DNA of 59,570 nucleotides from a virus: IMG/VR virus record IMGVR_UViG_3300045988_154339; one strand, written 5' to 3'. Below, one piece after another: positions 19,049-28,107 of this stretch (the stretch's first letter is position 1; each line of letters opens with the position of its first letter). The position numbers and the translations under genes are program-made. The notes beneath the pieces are model-generated. The model did not search any database. It saw only the letters and a list, made by a program, of their open reading frames with translations, and was not told where the DNA came from.

Positions 19049-19072
19049 ATTTTAGAAAGGAGAATAAACGCT

Positions 19073-19618
19073 ATGAGTCTTATCGAAACAAGGGCTTCGT
19101 ACATGCATCGTTTGCAGACGCTTATCGACGCTCGGCAGAAAGACATCGACGACAAAGTCGGGGCTTTGCGTGCAAAGCTTGAAGCAGAACAGATACAGCC
19201 GTATCGTGCTCAGCTTGAAGCCGAAAAGGTGACGCCCGAGATGAACAAGCTCGTCGAGTTCATCAATGACATCGATGCGATGCTTGCGTATGAAAATACC
19301 GAGACCGCTTCGACAGAAACTGCCGAACAGACGAGCGAAACAATCGAGCACGAAGAAGTCGAACAAGTCGCGGACCACAGTGTTGCTGAGGAGGTATCGG
19401 AGGAAACCGAAACGTTTCATGATGCGTCTAACGACAACTGTGCAGGAGATAACGTCGACGCCGTTCAGCACACTACCACTACCGCTAAGACGGCCGAAGA
19501 GCTCGTTGGTACGGGTTTCGAAGCAATCGCAGCAGACCTTGCCGACACAAAGGCGAAGCTTCGGTCTGTTGTTGAAGGTCGCCCTGGCATGCCTGGCATT
19601 GTACTGCCTCGTCGTTGA
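19073..19618 (+). CDS. Acidic hypothetical protein
   Basis: 181 aa, AAAGGAGA RBS, E/T-rich. Confidence 0.45.
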   Translation: MSLIETRASYMHRLQTLIDARQKDIDDKVGALRAKLEAEQIQPYRAQLEAEKVTPEMNKLVEFINDIDAMLAYENTETASTETAEQTSETIEHEEVEQVADHSVAEEVSEETETFHDASNDNCAGDNVDAVQHTTTTAKTAEELVGTGFEAIAADLADTKAKLRSVVEGRPGMPGIVLPRR

Positions 19619-19631
19619 CAAAGGAGGTATT

Positions 19632-20054
19632 ATGCAGAACATCGAAACAATCTTGAAAGTTGTATACGCGGTCGCATCAGCAGTAGCTGTTGCTGTTCCG
19701 CTCGTAATTGCGCTTATCGCGAATATCAAGTCGAAAATCAAAATTCGTAAGCAACTTGCAAACACTACCGACGAAGCTGAAAAGGCTAAGTTGGAAGCGG
19801 CAAATTCGGCAGCCACGACCGATATGCTTAATGCTTGCAACGAGTTGATTGCGAATGCTGAGACTCTGTACTCGGACATATCTTCGATACTTAAGAAAGA
19901 AGGCAAGTCCGCAGGCGCTGTCAAGAAAGACAGTGTGATGTCGAAGCTTCAGGCTTACGCGATTGAACATGGTTACGAATTCGATGCGGAATACTGGGAC
20001 AAGAAAGTCGACGAAATTGTTGACATGACGAAGAAAGTAAACGTATCGAAGTAA
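19632..20054 (+). CDS. Holin, LL-H-like, putative
   Basis: ATG after AAGGAGG. One N-terminal TM helix, then an A/K/E-rich tail (GKSAGAVKKDSVMSKLQAYAIEHG..VDEIV) resembling LL-H family holins. Confidence 0.45.
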   Translation: MQNIETILKVVYAVASAVAVAVPLVIALIANIKSKIKIRKQLANTTDEAEKAKLEAANSAATTDMLNACNELIANAETLYSDISSILKKEGKSAGAVKKDSVMSKLQAYAIEHGYEFDAEYWDKKVDEIVDMTKKVNVSK

Positions 20055-20147
20055 TTCACAGGAAGACTTCTGGGACACCTTTGGTCGAGTATAATAGGAA
20101 TATTATACTTGGCCATTAGATGTTCTCAGAATTAAAACTGTGAACTC
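20055..20147. repeat. Long-hairpin intergenic element, copy B
   Basis: TTCACAGGAAGACTTCTGGGACACC..GAGTATAATAGGAATATTATACTT..TGTTCTCAGAATTAAAACTGTGAACTC. Confidence 0.85.
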
Positions 20148-20236
20148 GAGATGTAAAAGAATTTTTCGTATGATTATATCTTTTGCATCGAATGTATTAT
20201 AATAATCATATAAAGATTAAAAGGAGACATGACTTT

Positions 20237-20662
20237 ATGAAATTCAATGTTCGTGACGAGAACGGCAAAGAATATAAGGTCGAGGAAGTCGAAGAGGTCA
20301 AAAAGACCGACGACGAAGACGAGACCAAAAAGCCTTTGACCAACACTTGCACAGACGATGCGCTGTCTCCCGAGGAAATCGCTTCCCTCAAGAAACTTGC
20401 CGGTATGGCCGACAAGCTCTGCGCTCTTGTTGATACGACCACTGATGAAGAGGTCGAGGATGAAGAGGAAGAGGAAGAGGAAGTAGAGGACGAGGGAGAG
20501 CAAATCGAAGAGGTCATCGACACCGATGAACCGAAAAAGGCGAAGGACTCCATCAAAAAGAGTGCCGGCGCAATCGAAAAAAAGACCGTCAAGACCGAGG
20601 ACAGCGTAGAGGAAGACGACGTTGCCGCGGCTTGGGCAAAAAGATACGGAGGTAACAGATAA
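20237..20662 (+). CDS. Highly acidic protein, scaffold-like
   Basis: ATG after AAAGGAGA. Run of EEVEDEEEEEEEVEDEGE. Lies immediately upstream of the capsid genes. Confidence 0.4.
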   Translation: MKFNVRDENGKEYKVEEVEEVKKTDDEDETKKPLTNTCTDDALSPEEIASLKKLAGMADKLCALVDTTTDEEVEDEEEEEEEVEDEGEQIEEVIDTDEPKKAKDSIKKSAGAIEKKTVKTEDSVEEDDVAAAWAKRYGGNR

Positions 20663-20664
20663 TC

Positions 20665-21168
20665 ATGAGTCTCATCATCAAAGACAAAATCAAGCAGCTC
20701 ATGCGCGGCTACCCCACCGTTTCCGATAAGTACAACGTCGAGGGCGGCATCGTGGAAGGCACCGACGGCGTCAACTTCGGCGACATGGTGGTCTACGGCT
20801 CGACGACCGGCTACTACAAAAAGGCGACCGCGCTGACGGACATCAACGAATTTGCGGGCTTTGTGTTGGCGACCAACGTTAAGCTCGAAGATACGTGGGG
20901 TAAGACAAACGACGGACCTATCACAAATCCCGGTGAAGCATTCAACCTGTTCATGAACGGCTTTATCGCCATTGCTCTTAAGAGCGACGCAACACTTGCG
21001 CAAATCAAAAACGGCGCAAAGGTTGCTGTTGTTCTTGCTACGGCGGACGTTACGACGGCAGACAAAATCGCGGCGGACACAATCGTGGAACTGCCCGGTT
21101 ACGAGTTTACCGGCATTTACGAGCAGCAGGGCGCAACCTTGCTTGCTGAAGTACGCAAAATCTGCTAA
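20665..21168 (+). CDS. Head decoration/structural protein, putative
   Basis: 167 aa between the scaffold-like gene and the major capsid gene. Confidence 0.35.
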   Translation: MSLIIKDKIKQLMRGYPTVSDKYNVEGGIVEGTDGVNFGDMVVYGSTTGYYKKATALTDINEFAGFVLATNVKLEDTWGKTNDGPITNPGEAFNLFMNGFIAIALKSDATLAQIKNGAKVAVVLATADVTTADKIAADTIVELPGYEFTGIYEQQGATLLAEVRKIC

Positions 21169-21182
21169 GGAGGTAAAACAAG

Positions 21183-22292
21183 ATGGAAGGAACATTCACT
21201 CCGAGTACCGTGACAAAAAACTTCTTCGTCGATAGCGTTTCGGCCTCCCACAGAGGTCAGTGCTTCGGCCTGAGCGATATGTACGATTCTCGTATGCGCA
21301 AAGCATACGTCGGGGACGCGAAGGTACATGACACCAACTTCGCATTCCTGACCACAACACTCGCCAAGCTTCACACGAAGCTTTACGAACCCAAATACTT
21401 CGTCACATACCAGAAAGACGTTTCGGTGGACGTGGGCGGCGGCTTCGTCGATTACGTTTCTTACTACACGGTTGACTGGGCGGGCATCATGAACGAATTC
21501 CGGAACGTGGTCGGAAACAATGCCAACTACATTCCGCGTGTCAACGCCGGTCTCAATCAGAAACGTGTAAACGTCTTTACGTTCGAGGTTGCGTATGACC
21601 TGCGCTTCATCGAGCTCGAAAAGATGAAGAAACTCACGCTTCAAAAAAGCATTCAGGACATTTATAGCAACGCGATTGTTGCCGGATGGGACCTCTTCGT
21701 TCAGAAGGTTGCTTACACGGGTATCGAAGGTACGACCGGTATGTTCAACAGCGACAACGTTTTGGTCACCACAATCGACAACAGCTCCGCTACGGCGGCG
21801 AACAGCGGCTTCAAGGGCATGTCCGACGCCGATGTTGTGGCTTTCTTCAATGGCGTTTTCGAAACGTATTTGCTCAACAGCGGCATGAACATCGGCATCA
21901 TGCCCGATACGTTCCTCGTTCCTACGTTCGTTGGTTCGGACCTGAGCTCCCGTTTCTCGGCGCTCTACACGAACACGCTCCGCAAGTTCATTCTGGACCA
22001 CAACCTCGGTTCCGACGAAAGCTCCGGCGAAGTCAAAATCAAAATCGAGTCCAGACCCGCGCTCAACGACATGGGTACTGGCAAACACGGCCGTATCGTG
22101 GCTTACAAGAACGACAAGGACTTTGTTCGTCTCGATATGCCGTACCCGATGCAGCACTACATCACGCTGCCCAACATCGACAAGATGTCGTACACCTCTG
22201 CGTTCGTCGGTCAGGTATCGGAAATTCAGATGCCTTACAACACGAACAATGCGGAATTCGGCGTCGTGTCTTACTGGGACTTCACGAAGTAA
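21183..22292 (+). CDS. Major capsid protein (DUF2184/encapsulin-like), putative
   Basis: 369 aa, AAGGAGG RBS, higher GC than its neighbours, followed by a strong terminator. The sequence recalls the DUF2184 family. Confidence 0.65.
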   Translation: MEGTFTPSTVTKNFFVDSVSASHRGQCFGLSDMYDSRMRKAYVGDAKVHDTNFAFLTTTLAKLHTKLYEPKYFVTYQKDVSVDVGGGFVDYVSYYTVDWAGIMNEFRNVVGNNANYIPRVNAGLNQKRVNVFTFEVAYDLRFIELEKMKKLTLQKSIQDIYSNAIVAGWDLFVQKVAYTGIEGTTGMFNSDNVLVTTIDNSSATAANSGFKGMSDADVVAFFNGVFETYLLNSGMNIGIMPDTFLVPTFVGSDLSSRFSALYTNTLRKFILDHNLGSDESSGEVKIKIESRPALNDMGTGKHGRIVAYKNDKDFVRLDMPYPMQHYITLPNIDKMSYTSAFVGQVSEIQMPYNTNNAEFGVVSYWDFTK

Positions 22293-22316
22293 GACACAAA
22301 CAAATATCTTTGCACA

Positions 22317-22353
22317 GGCGTCGACAACGACAACGATGTTGTCGGCGCCTTTT
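22317..22353 (+). terminator. Rho-independent terminator after the capsid gene
   Basis: GGCGTCGACAAC-loop-GTTGTCGGCGCC (12 bp, 1 mismatch) followed by TTTT. Confidence 0.75.
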
Positions 22354-22373
22354 GCATAGAAGGAGGCAGAACG

Positions 22374-22931
22374 ATGAAAAAATTTATTGTCGATACTGGC
22401 GACAAGAAGTATAAGGTTGAGGCAAGCACATACGATGAAGCCGTTTCGGCTGTGAAAGCAATTCAGCTGAAAGACGAAGCATCACCTCTTCAAACTGTGA
22501 ACGCGCTGCTTGAGGACGAACGTGCTGCTGTTGACGCTTACAACGTCGCTCTTGAAAATCTCAAAGGCAAAATTCCCGACGAGTCTTACGCAGCAATCGA
22601 GGCAATTCGAAACGATGAAAATCGTCACATCGAAAATCTTCAGGCTGTTGTAAACGGAAACGTCACTGAAAAGAACCTTGAAGATAGCGTGAACGACGCT
22701 ATGAATGCTGACGCGCTTGAAAGATATTTACAGCAAAAACTGAATAACAGAGATATAGAGCTTGTTGCAGAAGCGTATACCGCAGCGAATAAACCTGTTG
22801 CAGCATATGGCGACGGTTCAAAGACAACTGCGGCGAATATCGAGCATTTCACAAAATCGATTGGTTATGCTAACGTTAAGCAAGAGCGAGTCGATGGCAT
22901 GTGGGTTTGCTGGGTAGGTGTCACAGAGTGA
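22374..22931 (+). CDS. Ferritin-like (EncFtn/rubrerythrin-type helix pair) protein, putative
   Basis: LLEDERAAVDAYNVALENL...AIEAIRNDENRHIENLQ fits the E..A..Y ... E..H di-iron helix-pair pattern. Confidence 0.35.
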   Translation: MKKFIVDTGDKKYKVEASTYDEAVSAVKAIQLKDEASPLQTVNALLEDERAAVDAYNVALENLKGKIPDESYAAIEAIRNDENRHIENLQAVVNGNVTEKNLEDSVNDAMNADALERYLQQKLNNRDIELVAEAYTAANKPVAAYGDGSKTTAANIEHFTKSIGYANVKQERVDGMWVCWVGVTE

Positions 22932-22939
22932 GGTGATAT

Positions 22940-23422
22940 ATGGCAATCGTAGGAATTCAAACAAATCGTAAGAACCCTCCGTATACGATTGCGGACTTCA
23001 CCTTTTGGATGCCGCAGTTTAAGCAATTTATGGAGACCGACGAAGGTCAGACGATGTTTGACAATCTCTACGAAATTGCGAACAACAAAATCTTCAAGAG
23101 CATTTATGGCTCTGACTGGAAGCTTGCAATGAGTTATTGCATTGCGCATTACGCGACAATCATTGCTCAACAACAGCAGGCGCCAGTTGGAGATACGCTC
23201 GACTCTATCGCAGGTGGCGGTACGACAAAGGGCGTACTGTCGACTATGACTGTTGGGGGCTTTTCGAAAACGTACGACATCGATAAGACAATGAGTTCCG
23301 ATGACGAAGCAAAGTTCTGGAACCAAACGTCTTACGGCGCCGCGCTTTGGGCGCTTCTGAAAACGAAGAACGTTGCAAGCATTTTCGTTGTAACGTCCCA
23401 TCCTATTCCGGGGGCGAACTGA
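22940..23422 (+). CDS. Head-tail connector protein (DUF4054-like), putative
   Basis: 160 aa, position after the capsid gene. The [12 protein letters not shown]-terminus resembles DUF4054. Confidence 0.4.
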   Translation: MAIVGIQTNRKNPPYTIADFTFWMPQFKQFMETDEGQTMFDNLYEIANNKIFKSIYGSDWKLAMSYCIAHYATIIAQQQQAPVGDTLDSIAGGGTTKGVLSTMTVGGFSKTYDIDKTMSSDDEAKFWNQTSYGAALWALLKTKNVASIFVVTSHPIPGAN

Positions 23423-23423
23423 C

Positions 23424-23840
23424 ATGCGAACAAATCATCTCGTCGACCCTACATTTTTCTTTGACGCAATCGAGGAATTTTCGTTTAACTATCCGATTTA
23501 CGTCGTCAATAAAGCGGGCGACGTGGATGAGTACGGAAACACAAAGTTGAAGTACGAACGAAAGACAATCCGAGGTTCGTTGCAAGTTCAAACAAAGCGT
23601 GAAAGACAGTCGAAAGACGGCAACACTGCTGAGGTGCGGTATATGTTCTATTGCAAGAGCCTGTATCGTATAGATGTTGGCGACATCATCGAGTATAACG
23701 GCGACTTTTTGAGATGCAATGAGACGCATCCGTACGATGAATACGGTTGTCGTGAGGCAGCTCTTACAATGATACAACTTGCCGCATACAGAGACTTCGC
23801 TGACTACATCAAATATTTGAGAGGAGAGAAGCTGATATGA
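23424..23840 (+). CDS. Head-tail joining protein, putative
   Basis: 138 aa. Call is by position. Confidence 0.35.
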   Translation: MRTNHLVDPTFFFDAIEEFSFNYPIYVVNKAGDVDEYGNTKLKYERKTIRGSLQVQTKRERQSKDGNTAEVRYMFYCKSLYRIDVGDIIEYNGDFLRCNETHPYDEYGCREAALTMIQLAAYRDFADYIKYLRGEKLI

Positions 23841-24391
23841 ACACGATTGCGGACATCAACGAACTCAATAAGCTCGTACGCAATCAGTTGATTACTCAAG
23901 CTGAACTTCCTTCTAACAGAGTTCGTAACGCGCTCACAACGTACGGAGCAACGCTCGATAAGCTTTTAACGAAACAAGAATTTGACAGTGTTTGTCCTTG
24001 CGAAGAGCTGATGTTGTTCGAACTCAGAACTCGTGAAAATGACAGCGACGTAAGTATGACCGAGGTCGACGATACGGTGTCGTTCTATAAGTCGTATACG
24101 CTCTACATCATCTTGTATGGTGACAACGCTGCGACAATCATGAACAAGCTCATCGCCCGTTTAAGAACGCAAGCTGTACGGCAAGCACTTTACGAAGAGG
24201 GTGTATACATCGAGGAAGTCAAAAATGACTCGAGCGTAAATGAGTTTAAGAACGATGTGATGTGGCATAGACACGACACTGAAATTCTTATCTCGTGCAA
24301 GATGAGTATCAAGCAGGTAACGCCTGACGAGGCATTCGAAAAGGTCGACCCTGTCAATACAATTTATGAAGGAGACGAAAACAATGAATGA
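23837..24391 (+). CDS. Head-tail joining / tail terminator protein, putative
   Basis: ATGA overlap with the upstream gene. 184 aa. Confidence 0.35.
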   Translation: MNTIADINELNKLVRNQLITQAELPSNRVRNALTTYGATLDKLLTKQEFDSVCPCEELMLFELRTRENDSDVSMTEVDDTVSFYKSYTLYIILYGDNAATIMNKLIARLRTQAVRQALYEEGVYIEEVKNDSSVNEFKNDVMWHRHDTEILISCKMSIKQVTPDEAFEKVDPVNTIYEGDENNE

Positions 24392-25508
24392 CATTGATGT
24401 AAGACGTTTTGTCGATATCAATATCAAGCAACACGTGGAGACACAGATAAGCGGTACTCGTGACACGCTTGTGTTGTACACACACGAAGGAACGCTTGGT
24501 AAGATATCTGGCAACACTGTCACAAGTATCGGTGACAATGAAATTCTTGCTTCGTGGGCGGCCGCAAGTGCAGTTTACCCTGCGCAAACATTCCCCGATA
24601 CGAACGCATATCTGTCGATGTACTTCCAGAATGCGGGTGCAAGAGTTGTGGTCATCGAAGGAGTGGACTATACAGATTTGACCGCGGCGATGATTAAGTC
24701 TCTCGACAACAAGTTCATTTTGGTCGCACAATGCTCGGCTAAAGCGAACGTCGAGCTTGCGTATGCTGCGCTCAAAAAAATCGCAACAACTCGTGAAACC
24801 GACAAAGACGTTTACGGCGTAAACGAGAAAATCATCTTTGGTAGAACGATGACTGCAACAGATACGGACGTTATTACGAACTTCGCTTCGAAATACTCGA
24901 AGGTATATGGCGCGGAGATGACGATGGCGGCGTATTTGAGTGGCATCGACGTTTATGGCGTTTCGACCGTGAATGACTACATGTACACTGCCGAGAGCAT
25001 CGACGAAGAGGTTTTGACAGACGAGCTCTATGAGACTTTGTCGCTCAACAATATCAACGTCGACACATATTTCGCCGGAAACGTTCGTGACTTGGGCGGC
25101 AACCTCAAAAACGGTGCGGACTTGACGAACTCTTATGTTCGTATTATTCTACATCAAACGCTCACAGATAGATTGCTCGAGTTACTCGTTACGAAAATCA
25201 AAAACGTCGACGGTGTAGGCAAAATCTACGCAACAATCTCAAAGGAGCTTGAAAACTACAGAAGCTGTGGTTATTTGAGCACGGACAAAGTATGGACAGA
25301 CAAGACGATGACTGTGACCGCGAACGGAAAACAGTACACCATCATCGAAGAGGGAACGCCCTTAACGAATGGCTACTTCGTGCAAGTGTTGCCGATGTCT
25401 GCGCTCACGGAAAATGACCGTGCGGCTCGTAAAGCTCCTCCCATATACGTCATTATCGCCGACCAGTATGGCATTCGCGCTATTACGGTGAACGGCGAAA
25501 TCATTTAA
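24384..25508 (+). CDS. Tail sheath-like protein (DUF3383-like), putative
   Basis: ORF 24366..25508. The ATG at 24384 follows AAGGAGA. 374 aa, directly upstream of the tube-like gene. Confidence 0.5.
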   Translation: MNDIDVRRFVDINIKQHVETQISGTRDTLVLYTHEGTLGKISGNTVTSIGDNEILASWAAASAVYPAQTFPDTNAYLSMYFQNAGARVVVIEGVDYTDLTAAMIKSLDNKFILVAQCSAKANVELAYAALKKIATTRETDKDVYGVNEKIIFGRTMTATDTDVITNFASKYSKVYGAEMTMAAYLSGIDVYGVSTVNDYMYTAESIDEEVLTDELYETLSLNNINVDTYFAGNVRDLGGNLKNGADLTNSYVRIILHQTLTDRLLELLVTKIKNVDGVGKIYATISKELENYRSCGYLSTDKVWTDKTMTVTANGKQYTIIEEGTPLTNGYFVQVLPMSALTENDRAARKAPPIYVIIADQYGIRAITVNGEII

Positions 25509-25521
25509 GGAGGTCGCAAAG

Positions 25522-25971
25522 ATGAGATATTCTCTTGCAAACTATATTCTGTCTATCGCATCGAACGATAGCAAAATCAGTCAGCTTTTCAAAAATGTTC
25601 AAATCGGCGGCGAGGGCGACGCTCTTTCGACAATCAACATTCAGACAAGCGACAGACTTTGGGAAACGGACTCGTTCGCAACAGGCGCTTGGGTACACAA
25701 CAAGAACCTGAGCCGTGTTGGAACTTGCGAAGTTTCTATTAGTCAGCTGAGTGATGCGGTTGCAAAGTTCAAAACGTTCGTTGCATACTTCTACAGCGAA
25801 AGCGCGGACGACAACATCGAGGGCGTGACACTCACGCTCAGCGACTCCAACAACAAAGTCATCGCTACATGCGAAGACTGCTACCCTGTGCAAGTTCCTC
25901 CTCAGGAATTTGCGGCTAAAGCGTCAGAACAGAGATGGCAGTTCACGTGTGGTCGCATTACCTACACGTAA
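25522..25971 (+). CDS. Tail tube-like protein, putative
   Basis: 149 aa after the sheath-like gene. AAGGAGG RBS. Confidence 0.45.
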   Translation: MRYSLANYILSIASNDSKISQLFKNVQIGGEGDALSTINIQTSDRLWETDSFATGAWVHNKNLSRVGTCEVSISQLSDAVAKFKTFVAYFYSESADDNIEGVTLTLSDSNNKVIATCEDCYPVQVPPQEFAAKASEQRWQFTCGRITYT

Positions 25972-26007
25972 TCTGCTCTGCGAGTTCTCTTATTTATCTT
26001 GGGCGGT

Positions 26008-26031
26008 CCCGGGTGTCGAAAGATGTCCGGG
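26008..26031 (+). terminator. Hairpin with GAAA tetraloop at the end of the plus arm
   Basis: CCCGGGTGTC-GAAA-GATGTCCGGG (10 bp including G:U pairs). The downstream T tract is weak. Confidence 0.4.
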
Positions 26032-26060
26032 ATTCGTTCCGTTTACTTTAAGATAAACGA

Positions 26061-26153
26061 AGTCACTAGTTTAATTCTGGGACACTTTTGACGTTTTATA
26101 AATAATTCCTATTAAACATCTTGCGAAGTGTCTCAGAATTAAACTGGTGAACC
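26061..26153. repeat. Long-hairpin intergenic element, copy C (tip inverted; shares 3' flank with copy F)
   Basis: Positions 26063-26087 pair with 26126-26150 over about 25 bp, with two G:T pairs on the plus strand. The tip reads AATAATTCCTATTAAAC. The flank CAACGATTGATTGG lies at 26162-26175. Confidence 0.85.
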
Positions 26154-26200
26154 CATTTTGACAACGATTGATTGGAAAGTAACTAAAATTAAACATGACA

Positions 26201-26223
26201 AAACCCGGAGGTCTTCCGGGTTT
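26201..26223. terminator. Bidirectional rho-independent terminator at the convergence of both arms
   Basis: AAACCCGGA-GGTCT-TCCGGGTTT, flanked by an A run upstream and T runs downstream. Confidence 0.75.
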
Positions 26224-26230
26224 CATTTTG

Positions 26231-26335
26231 TTACTTTTTACGTTTCGTGAACAGTCGTTTGATTAAGAAGTAAGCTCCAACACTCAGGCTCACAATGAGT
26301 GCGACAACTGCAAGCCAGAAAATTGCATACATCAT
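26231..26335 (-). CDS. Small single-pass membrane protein (34 aa)
   Basis: Hand translation gives MMYAIFWLAVVALIVSLSVGAYFLIKRLFTKRKK. ATGA overlap with the stop of 26332..26532. Below the ORF-track size cutoff. Confidence 0.5.
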   Translation of the reverse strand: MMYAIFWLAVVALIVSLSVGAYFLIKRLFTKRKK

Positions 26336-26532
26336 TCTTCGTCCTCCGGAAACATGTCGTTCCAGCATGTGTTGCAGATGCCGGTTTGAATGAGCTCGCG
26401 CTCTTTAGGTTTGAGGTCAGGAAACAGATGCTGAATTTTGCCAACGCCTGCTTTGTAAGCCATGAATGCCGTGTCATCGACCTCGAGTTTGTTGATTTTG
26501 CCGCAAATCGGGCACTTTGCTTCGTAAATCAT
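26332..26532 (-). CDS. Zinc-ribbon protein
   Basis: ORF 26332..26595. An internal ATG gives MIYEAKCPICGK...CNTCW (CxxC...CxxC). Confidence 0.5.
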   Translation of the reverse strand: MIYEAKCPICGKINKLEVDDTAFMAYKAGVGKIQHLFPDLKPKERELIQTGICNTCWNDMFPEDEE

Positions 26533-26533
26533 G

Positions 26534-26725
26534 TTACGCCTCCTCGTAATCTTCGCAATCGAGTTTTTCACCGCCTTCGAACGGACACTGTCCACAGCAA
26601 GCCGAAATCATACAAAAGCCATTGCAATCGTGATAGCATTCAACTTCTTCGTCTTCGCATACAAGGTCCATGTCTTCAGCGTCTTCACATGCTCCGCCTG
26701 TTGCGTTAAAAATTCCGTCACTCAT
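26534..26725 (-). CDS. Acidic cysteine-rich small protein
   Basis: 63 aa with 9 Cys and many D/E residues (CYHDCNGFCMISACCGQCPFEGG). Confidence 0.5.
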   Translation of the reverse strand: MSDGIFNATGGACEDAEDMDLVCEDEEVECYHDCNGFCMISACCGQCPFEGGEKLDCEDYEEA

Positions 26726-26726
26726 T

Positions 26727-27710
26727 TTACACCTCCTTGAAGATTGTATCTTTCGTGCACATTTCCGCCGTTTTGTCTTCTCTCAAGCGAATGTACACAG
26801 GATGTCGTAAGCTTGTTTCCGTAACTTCTTGACATTTGACTTCGATGACCGAACCTTTAAGTTCAGACCATCTGTCACGCCACATGTTTCTCTCAGCGTC
26901 CGTTCCGCAATTGACTTGCGAAATGTGCTTGATGTTACCGGTCGTGGGGTCGTAATAGCCAATCGAAAGAGCACCCACAGTATCAATATATTTGCCACGT
27001 CCTTGTACGTAATCGTATACGACAACATCTACTGTTTCGAACTTCTTGCATTTGAGCGACGCGCCCATGTCACGATACGTTTTCTTGAGTGACTTAACGA
27101 CGATGCCTTCAAAACCTGCATCAATCGCGTTTTGCATCGCTTGCTCCTGTTCTTCGATAGATTTGAAGAAGTGAGCGTGCTCGATAGTGTTGGGTTTGAG
27201 CTCGTCGTCGATAAAATCAACGAGATGAACGAATTTGCAATCGATGAGCTCAACCATTTTGATTGCGTATTTGAGTCTCTCAAGATAGGGTCTATCTTCA
27301 AGACAAACGCCGTCATACCACAAGCAATCGAAAATTGCAAACTTCGGAGGCGTCTTTTCGGAAAGCTCTATCGCACGTTCGGGTAACGAATGCAGAATTC
27401 CGACAATTGTGTTCCAATCTTTCTGGTAACATTCACAGTCCAACACTGTGTACCCAAGGTCGATGTGACCTGCGATTGCGGAGATAATCGGAAGTTTGTC
27501 CTCGTTTTGCATGAACTTGCTCGTCTTTTTCGAAATTCGTCTGGATGTGCATGCAGCCTGATGTTGGTCGAAATGAATGAGCATTCTTTCGCCGTCATAT
27601 TTGGGCTGAGCAATCACAGGTTCGAACCTGTAAAGCTCGTTAAGCCACTTTTCTTTGTAGCCGCTGATGTGGTCTGCGTGATTGGGTTTGATTTGCTTTA
27701 CGTCAATCAT
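26727..27710 (-). CDS. lig: ATP-dependent DNA ligase
   Basis: Motif I KYDGER, EGIVVK, LKCKKF. The ATG at 27710 forms an ATGA overlap with the upstream stop. Confidence 0.85.
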   Translation of the reverse strand: MIDVKQIKPNHADHISGYKEKWLNELYRFEPVIAQPKYDGERMLIHFDQHQAACTSRRISKKTSKFMQNEDKLPIISAIAGHIDLGYTVLDCECYQKDWNTIVGILHSLPERAIELSEKTPPKFAIFDCLWYDGVCLEDRPYLERLKYAIKMVELIDCKFVHLVDFIDDELKPNTIEHAHFFKSIEEQEQAMQNAIDAGFEGIVVKSLKKTYRDMGASLKCKKFETVDVVVYDYVQGRGKYIDTVGALSIGYYDPTTGNIKHISQVNCGTDAERNMWRDRWSELKGSVIEVKCQEVTETSLRHPVYIRLREDKTAEMCTKDTIFKEV

Positions 27711-27940
27711 CTTTTGTACGTCTCCTTCGCATGTTTGTACTGTTCGATTGTAAGTTCGCCGGATTCGTTCGAAGTAAGCCAGTATCTGACTCCGCAACGA
27801 ACAGTCATTCCTGCGACTTTGCCTTTGTTCGTATACTCTTTCCCGTAAGACTTACGAATTCGCTCAACATCGAGCATGAGCAGTTCATACATCTTCGGGT
27901 CCATCTCCTCTTTTGTCACAATAAACGTTTTGTCACTCAT
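27707..27940 (-). CDS. Hypothetical protein
   Basis: 77 aa, first gene after promoter P9, AAGGAG RBS. Confidence 0.5.
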   Translation of the reverse strand: MSDKTFIVTKEEMDPKMYELLMLDVERIRKSYGKEYTNKGKVAGMTVRCGVRYWLTSNESGELTIEQYKHAKETYKR

Positions 27941-27972
27941 GATTGGGTACTCCTTATCTTTATTTTGTATTT

Positions 27973-28001
27973 ATTATATCACACTTTTTCTCAAAAGTAA
28001 A
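27973..28001 (-). promoter_or_regulatory. Promoter cassette P9 (minus strand)
   Basis: Minus strand: TTTACT (27996-28001), 17 nt, TGTGATATAAT (-10 at 27973-27978). Confidence 0.75.
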
Positions 28002-28041
28002 CTACTTTGATGTACTTTTTACAAAGTTTTTCAAAATATTT

Positions 28042-28081
28042 TTCAGAAAAGAGAAAGCAACCGAGACTTAACGTTTCGGTT
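28042..28081 (-). terminator. Rho-independent terminator (minus strand)
   Basis: AACCGAGAC-loop-GTTTCGGTT hairpin, followed on the minus strand by GCTTTCTCTTTTCT. Confidence 0.6.
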
Positions 28082-28107
28082 ACTTTCCAAATAAAGATTT
28101 GGAAAAC

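Noticed and set aside
20160-20236. Consensus promoter upstream of the scaffold-like gene (TATAAT at 20198-20203; TTGCAT at 20183-20188)
   Set aside because: No -35/-10 pair has acceptable 16-18-nt spacing. The unit may instead be served by read-through from upstream or by a non-consensus promoter.
20206-22157. Very long antisense ORFs (20206..21195, 21165..22157) and the Arg-rich +1 ORF 21686..22414 over the capsid genes
   Set aside because: These are shadow ORFs created by the strong codon bias and higher GC of the capsid module. Their translations are low complexity (S/R/V-rich), they lack RBSs, and they overlap well-supported plus-strand genes.
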